Source: Minutocellus sp. GHC0000111 (Eukaryota). Taken from it: a DNA stretch of 64,000 nucleotides. Each line of letters opens with the position of its first letter. Within the stretch, counting starts at the first letter, position 1. The notes under the pieces were generated by a model. That model was not told the DNA's origin. It saw only the letters and a program-made list of their open reading frames with translations, and ran no database searches. The translations under genes and the position numbers were made by a program. Where the stretch lies: the NCBI GenBank assembly GCA_977018835.1, contig OZ361257.1, positions 3,100,001 to 3,164,000 on the forward strand. Direction: 5' to 3'. Shown here one piece after another: positions 58,758 through 64,000 of the stretch.

Positions 58758-60413
58758 ATGCCCCCCTCCTGCGACACCGTCCCCGAAGCCGACGCCGCCG
58801 ACACCAAGATGGCCGATCCCAAGATTATTGACCTCATCAAGGCCAGGGAAGGCGAGGGTCAGGGGCCCTTTACCAGCCTCGAGTTCTTCCCCCCTCGGAC
58901 CGACGAGGGAGTCAAGGTACGCTTGTGTTGGGTCTTGCTAATCCCTGAAGGGTATTTATTTTTTGTTCCTCTCTGCACTAGATTGCAACATCTTCAATAT
59001 CTCATCACTCTCTTTCTTCTTTGCTGTGTGTTTGTTCCATGCTGCCCCCGGCTTACTTCAATGCTGCATCATCAACGTTCAACAATATTTTCTTTGCTGC
59101 AATGACGATGATGGAATGAACTGGTTCAATGAATTGATATCTATTGTTCGTACTGCCACGCCGCATAGAACCTCTACGCTCGGATGGAACGGATGAAGGA
59201 ATCAACTTCCCCTCTATTCACCGACATTACCTGGGGCGCTGGCGGTTCCACTGCCGATCTTTCGTTGGACTTGGCCCTTCACATGCACAACAATGGCCAC
59301 GTGGCCAACATGCACCTCACGTGCACCAACATGGACGAGAGCATCATCCGCGACGCTCTGCAGAAGTGCCTCGATGGGGGGATTCGCAACATCGTCGCCC
59401 TTCGCGGCGACCCTCCCGAAGGACAGGACGAGTGGAAGGCTACCGAGGGCGGCTTCACCTGCGCTCTCGATCTCGTTAAATACATGCGTGCCGAGTTCGG
59501 CGATGCCTTCGGCATTGCCGTTGCCGGTTATCCCGAGGGCCATCCCAACGCCATCACCGAGCTCAAGCCGGAGGAGGTGGAGAACATGACCGAGTCGGAG
59601 AAGAAGCGCTGTTCCGTCATCGACCGGGTTACAGCCGTCTGCCGAGACGAGGATTACAAGAAGGAGATGGATTATCTCAAGGAAAAGGTTGATGCCGGTG
59701 CTGGTAAGTTACATTCCATTTAGATGTTACATACATGACGCTGCGAACTTCCCGCAACGCTTTGATATGGCTGTACCAAATACATGCACCATCAATCTTA
59801 CCCCGCAATTGTATTCGTTTTTTTCTTTTTCATTTCCTTGCCACTACCGACAGATGTTATTATTACGCAAATGTTCTTCGATCCTGAGGTATTCATCAAT
59901 TGGGTCAAGGATTGCCGTGCGTGGGGTATTGACTGCCCCATCATTCCTGGCCTTATGTGCATTAATGCCTACGCAGGCTTCAAGAAGATGATTGGCTTTT
60001 GCAAGACTCGGGTACCCCCGGCTCTGGAGGAAAAAATGGAGTCGATGAAGGACGACAAGGATGCCGTGAAGCAATTCGGTATCGAGTATGGTGCTGAGGT
60101 TTGCCAGAAGCTGCTCGATGCTGGAGCCTGTGGCTTGCACTTTTACACTCTCAACTTGGAGAAGGTTGTCTATGGGACTCTTGATAAGCTGGGCATCTCT
60201 TCCGGTCTATTGGAGCAGAGCAATGAGAAGGATGCCGCATCGATGGTTGCAAAGGGTTCTGCTTGGTGTAAAAAGGGAGATACCGTGAAGAGTAGTGCGG
60301 GCGAGGGAACCGTTGTGGAGATCAAAGCTGATGGCACAGCCGTTGTTGATATTGGAGGTGAGACGCACGAGCTTGCCAAGGGAGCCTACGAAAAGCTCGG
60401 AAACGCGGTATGA
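58758..60413 (+). CDS. MTHFR: Methylenetetrahydrofolate reductase (catalytic domain plus short beta-rich tail); introns 58917-59168 and 59704-59853
   Basis: SLEFFPPRT, DITWGAGG, MHLTCTN, NIVALRGDPP, AVAGYPEGH, LKEKVDAGAD.IITQMFFD, GLHFYTLN. Confidence 0.95.
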
Positions 60414-60906
60414 GTACCGGTAGATCTACCGGTAGTCTGCTTAAAAAACGGGCACCACCAATGGACTGAATGAGTTTGAGAGATGGATAAAAATCTTCGC
60501 TAAGCTACGTAGATTTAGTACGGTGCGCAGGAGTCTATTCTAATATCTACTACAAACACAACTGGCATGCCGGTGCCTTTCATTTTACGTACTAGACTAG
60601 TAGTTCAGCAGCCATGAGGAGGAGAAGGAGGCGTGTTGTTGTTGTAACAAAAAAGTGTCGGGGGGCGGGCACTTCTTTAGGGGTCGCCCTGATCTAATTC
60701 TTACGAAAACGATGCGAATATCACCACATACATGACGATCAACCCGGGCCCATGCATGGCTGGGTGGCGAGAGTTGTACCAATTGGTAGGAATCCTACTA
60801 CTGCAAAAGAGAACGCTTGGTGTATGCGCATGGAGCTGTGCTACCGTTGAATAGCTGTGATGTATGTAGGCCTATGTGTGTGTTACGAGTATCGTACATG
60901 TAAAAG

Positions 60907-61870
60907 ATGAAATCCTTGCGAGGCATGGCGAAGCGTATGCTGAGCGTCAAAAAGCTCGATGTCGAGGGAGGTGGCGATGAGCGGCGAAATACGAGTAAGG
61001 CTGGAGGTGCCAACGGCCGACGTCGGCAGCACCCGCCACGGGCTGGTGCTGGGAGAAGACCGCCTTCCGGTCCTGGCGCTGGACCGCCGGCAGACCCAGA
61101 CAGATTTGTGAATGATATTTGCAGGCGCCTGCGGTCGAACGATCCGTCCATTGCGCAACTGAATGTTTACAAATACGAGCTTGGTGATGATCGAATCGAA
61201 CAGATTGCCGATGCCATCGCCAGCAGCTCTCGAGTTGTCACCCTCGATGTCGGTCGGAATAATCTCACCGTCGTCGGTGCCAGCGCCCTAGCTGCAGGTC
61301 TTAGGGCCAATGAATCTATTCATACTGTCTGGCTCCGAGAGAATGCAATTGGCCAGTTGGGTGTTGAAGCCATAAGCGACATGATCGAGAGCAATCAATC
61401 ACTAACAGGCCTGTCCCTGGGAAGAAATGGCATCAACCACGACGGAACTGCCGCTCTTGCCGCGGCCCTCAAAACAAACCATGTTCTTCGTACGTTGTGG
61501 TTGTACGGGAATGAAGTAGGCGATTTGGGTGTTGAATTTATCAGTGAGGCTCTGCGAGAGAACAACACGCTTGCCGAGTTATACCTTGGTGGCAATCAAA
61601 TCACAGAACAAGGCGCGGAAAGTCTTTGTGATGTTCTTGCCAATGACAACGATACACTGGTGAAGCTGGAAATGTTTAAAAATCGAGTATCTGACCAAGG
61701 AGCATTGATGTTTGCCGAGCTCCTGGGAAAGACCTCCGCTCTCAGTGATTTGAATTTAAGAGCGAATGCTATTACGTGTGAGTTGCCTTCTTGCCTGAAT
61801 AATGATTTCCAGGTCTTCATTCGAATACTTCTGCACGTATGCATGACACGTTCATTTCCCTAACGCCTGC

Positions 61871-61909
<39 letters not shown>

Positions 61910-63945
61910 TGTTCGAATCGCTTCTCTGTCCCAAATCTTTCCAAATGCTACTCTCGTCCGACACCATAGATGATGGCGCTGCAGAATTAGTGAGAGCTTT
62001 AACGTACAACGAATCTCTCCAGCAACTTGATTTGAGGGATAATTTATTGAATGAAGAGGAACAGGATGCAATAATGGAAGAAGTCGCTGCGTTGCCACGC
62101 TCGTTGATTGTATTGGTCAAAAGTAGTCAGCGTCCACGTCCTGCAGCCGCACCGCATCCTCGCCATAATCCAGTTGGCCAACATCACTCGCAAGAGACTG
62201 GTGGCCCTGCAGGTAGAAAAATCTCCCCTTTACCGCATGGGGCATTTCCACCTATTGATGGGAAGGATGAAGTGATCGCATTCGACAGCAATGTGGACAA
62301 TATCGGTGGCCAGCTTCAGGAGGCTACAGATGCTACACCATCACACCGCCCTTCTCGCCACAATGACGACATGGTCTCGTACAAAGACCGCGCACTTGCC
62401 ACGTCAGCACCAACGGGGACCTTAGTAGTAGATGCCCACGACCATGGCGTTATTCCCAAGCACACTGCTCATCTCAATTCGGTCGAGCTTGATGCGATCT
62501 GTCAAGCCCTTGAGGAGAACGACGGCAGCATCGTGGAACTGGATCTTGCCGACAGAGGCCTCGGAGATACAGGAACAGATGCCCTTTCGGGGCCAATATG
62601 TCAATCCCACACTCTCCGTGTCCTCAATCTCAAAAACAACAACATGACATACGATGGTGTTTCCACTCTGGCTTCATACATGCGATCTACCGACGAAGGC
62701 GACGGCAATGGAGAGCCGGCGCCATTCCTTGTACACGCTTTGGAAATCAATATAGGCTGGAATGACATTCTTGATCGCGGAATCGTATCTCTCAGTATGT
62801 CTCTGCGAGAGGCCATGGAGCTCCGACGTCTTTTCATCAATAACGCTGCTTTGGCCGATGAGGCTACTGCAGCACTCAGCGACATGCTTAAATGCATCCG
62901 AGTAGAACAGCTGCATCTACGACATAATTCTGTGGGTTCCGACGGCGCGGCGCTCCTAAGCGAGGCGCTAAATGACGACGCATCCATGGCTGCGCTACTT
63001 TTGGGGTGGAATGACATCGGCGCAACGGGCGCTGAATTCATTTGTGATTCGTTGCGGCGAAACAAAACTCTTCAAATTCTCGATGTAGATGGTAATGATC
63101 TTGGTAGCGACGGTGCAGCGGCAGTCTCCTTGGCTCTGCGGGACAATACTTCGCTCTCGTCCATTTGGCTTGCCTCGAATAACATCGGTGATCTTGGGAT
63201 CGACAGTTTGTCAGACTCTTTGACGTTCAATTCAACTTTGCTGACTCTTGATTTGGAAAACAATGGAATAACAGCCGAAGGTGGAGCTCTGTTGGCCGTA
63301 GCCTTGAGGCATAATTCAACCCTTGAAAATCTCTGGCTCGGGAGCAACTCAATAGGTGCGTAAAAGGATGCGCTTTTCTTGTTTCTTTCGTGTATGCGCG
63401 CGCAATTTCTGTCTTAACATGTTATCTTTCCTTCTCTTTCATAATCTTGAATTGCAGGCGATGAGGGTGTTGAGTGCATCAGTGATGCGCTGAGCGCAAA
63501 CACCTCCATAAGAGAACTTTCACTTCGCTTCAATGGCATTACAAGTGAAGGAGCGTCCATGATCGCCTCATCATTGAGAGACATATGTCATCTTGAATCT
63601 CTCTGGCTCGGAGGGAATCCCATCCATGATTCCGGAGTTTTGTCGCTCGCAGATTCTCTTTGTGTCAATTCATCTCTTCGGCTTCTCTGTCTGGAGAGCA
63701 CCGGAATCACTGACGATGGAGCCTCCAAAATTTATGCAGCTCTTGAAGAGAACGGCACCATTGCCACGATTCTTCTTGGCTGCAATAAAATTGGTGACAA
63801 AGGCGTCCTTGCCATGATTTATCACGCCCTCAAGGCAAACCGTTCGGCGATGGAGTGGGAGACGTCAGAAAAGGATTGTTTGTATTACATCAAGCAAAAT
63901 GAACATGAAAAGGAAGTTCGTCTCCCAGAAAATCTTTTTTACTAG
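60907..63945 (+). CDS. Ribonuclease-inhibitor-like leucine-rich repeat protein (two LRR arrays); introns 61778-61969 and 63356-63457
   Basis: 28-aa repeats L..N..L..L.L..N.IG..G...L; both introns are in phase. Confidence 0.9.
61874..61908. repeat. (TA)n microsatellite inside an intron
   Basis: Seen directly. Confidence 0.95.
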
Positions 63946-64000
63946 CTGGCATAGCTAGATACTCCCGAGGTAATTGCGCAGCGCACGTAGCGCAGTTTGA

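Noticed and set aside
60907..63945. LRR gene as an NLR-type immune receptor
   Set aside because: No NACHT/NB-ARC or P-loop motif; only RI-like LRR arrays, which are common in diatoms

Overview
Gene-dense eukaryotic nuclear DNA with GT-AG introns and several bipartite 'ASAF(A/V)P'-type plastid presequences. It is most likely from a diatom; SPO11-2 plus the axonemal protein CFAP45 point to a sexual centric diatom with flagellated sperm (inference). About 27 protein-coding genes can be supported: UBE2S, a plastid acyltransferase, ABHD17-like hydrolase, TXNDC9/PLP3, SPO11-2, an HA-repeat protein, a TauD-type dioxygenase, an AP2 factor, TMEM184, L33, HU, a 2-hydroxyacid dehydrogenase, a DUF2358-SOUL protein, CFAP45, V-ATPase B and G, OLA1, MTHFR, an LRR protein and several hypotheticals. 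Many genes carry single-base frameshifts that look like assembly indel errors, so pseudogene calls are not made. Intergenic DNA holds several TA-flanked non-autonomous DNA transposons (one nested inside a copy of itself) and three pieces of an RLE-type non-LTR retrotransposon. Best leads: (1) TA-NNNN-TA palindromes that paralogue comparisons inside this window suggest are transposon excision footprints; (2) a divergent IscU/SufU-like protein with Cys replacing the conserved Asp; (3) a plastid-targeted disordered protein with repeated RLSD[VI]G motifs; (4) a retroelement whose 3' ends abut ACATGTA; (5) an 8-nt micro-exon; (6) head-to-head V-ATPase B/G genes. All calls were made by eye, with no database searches.
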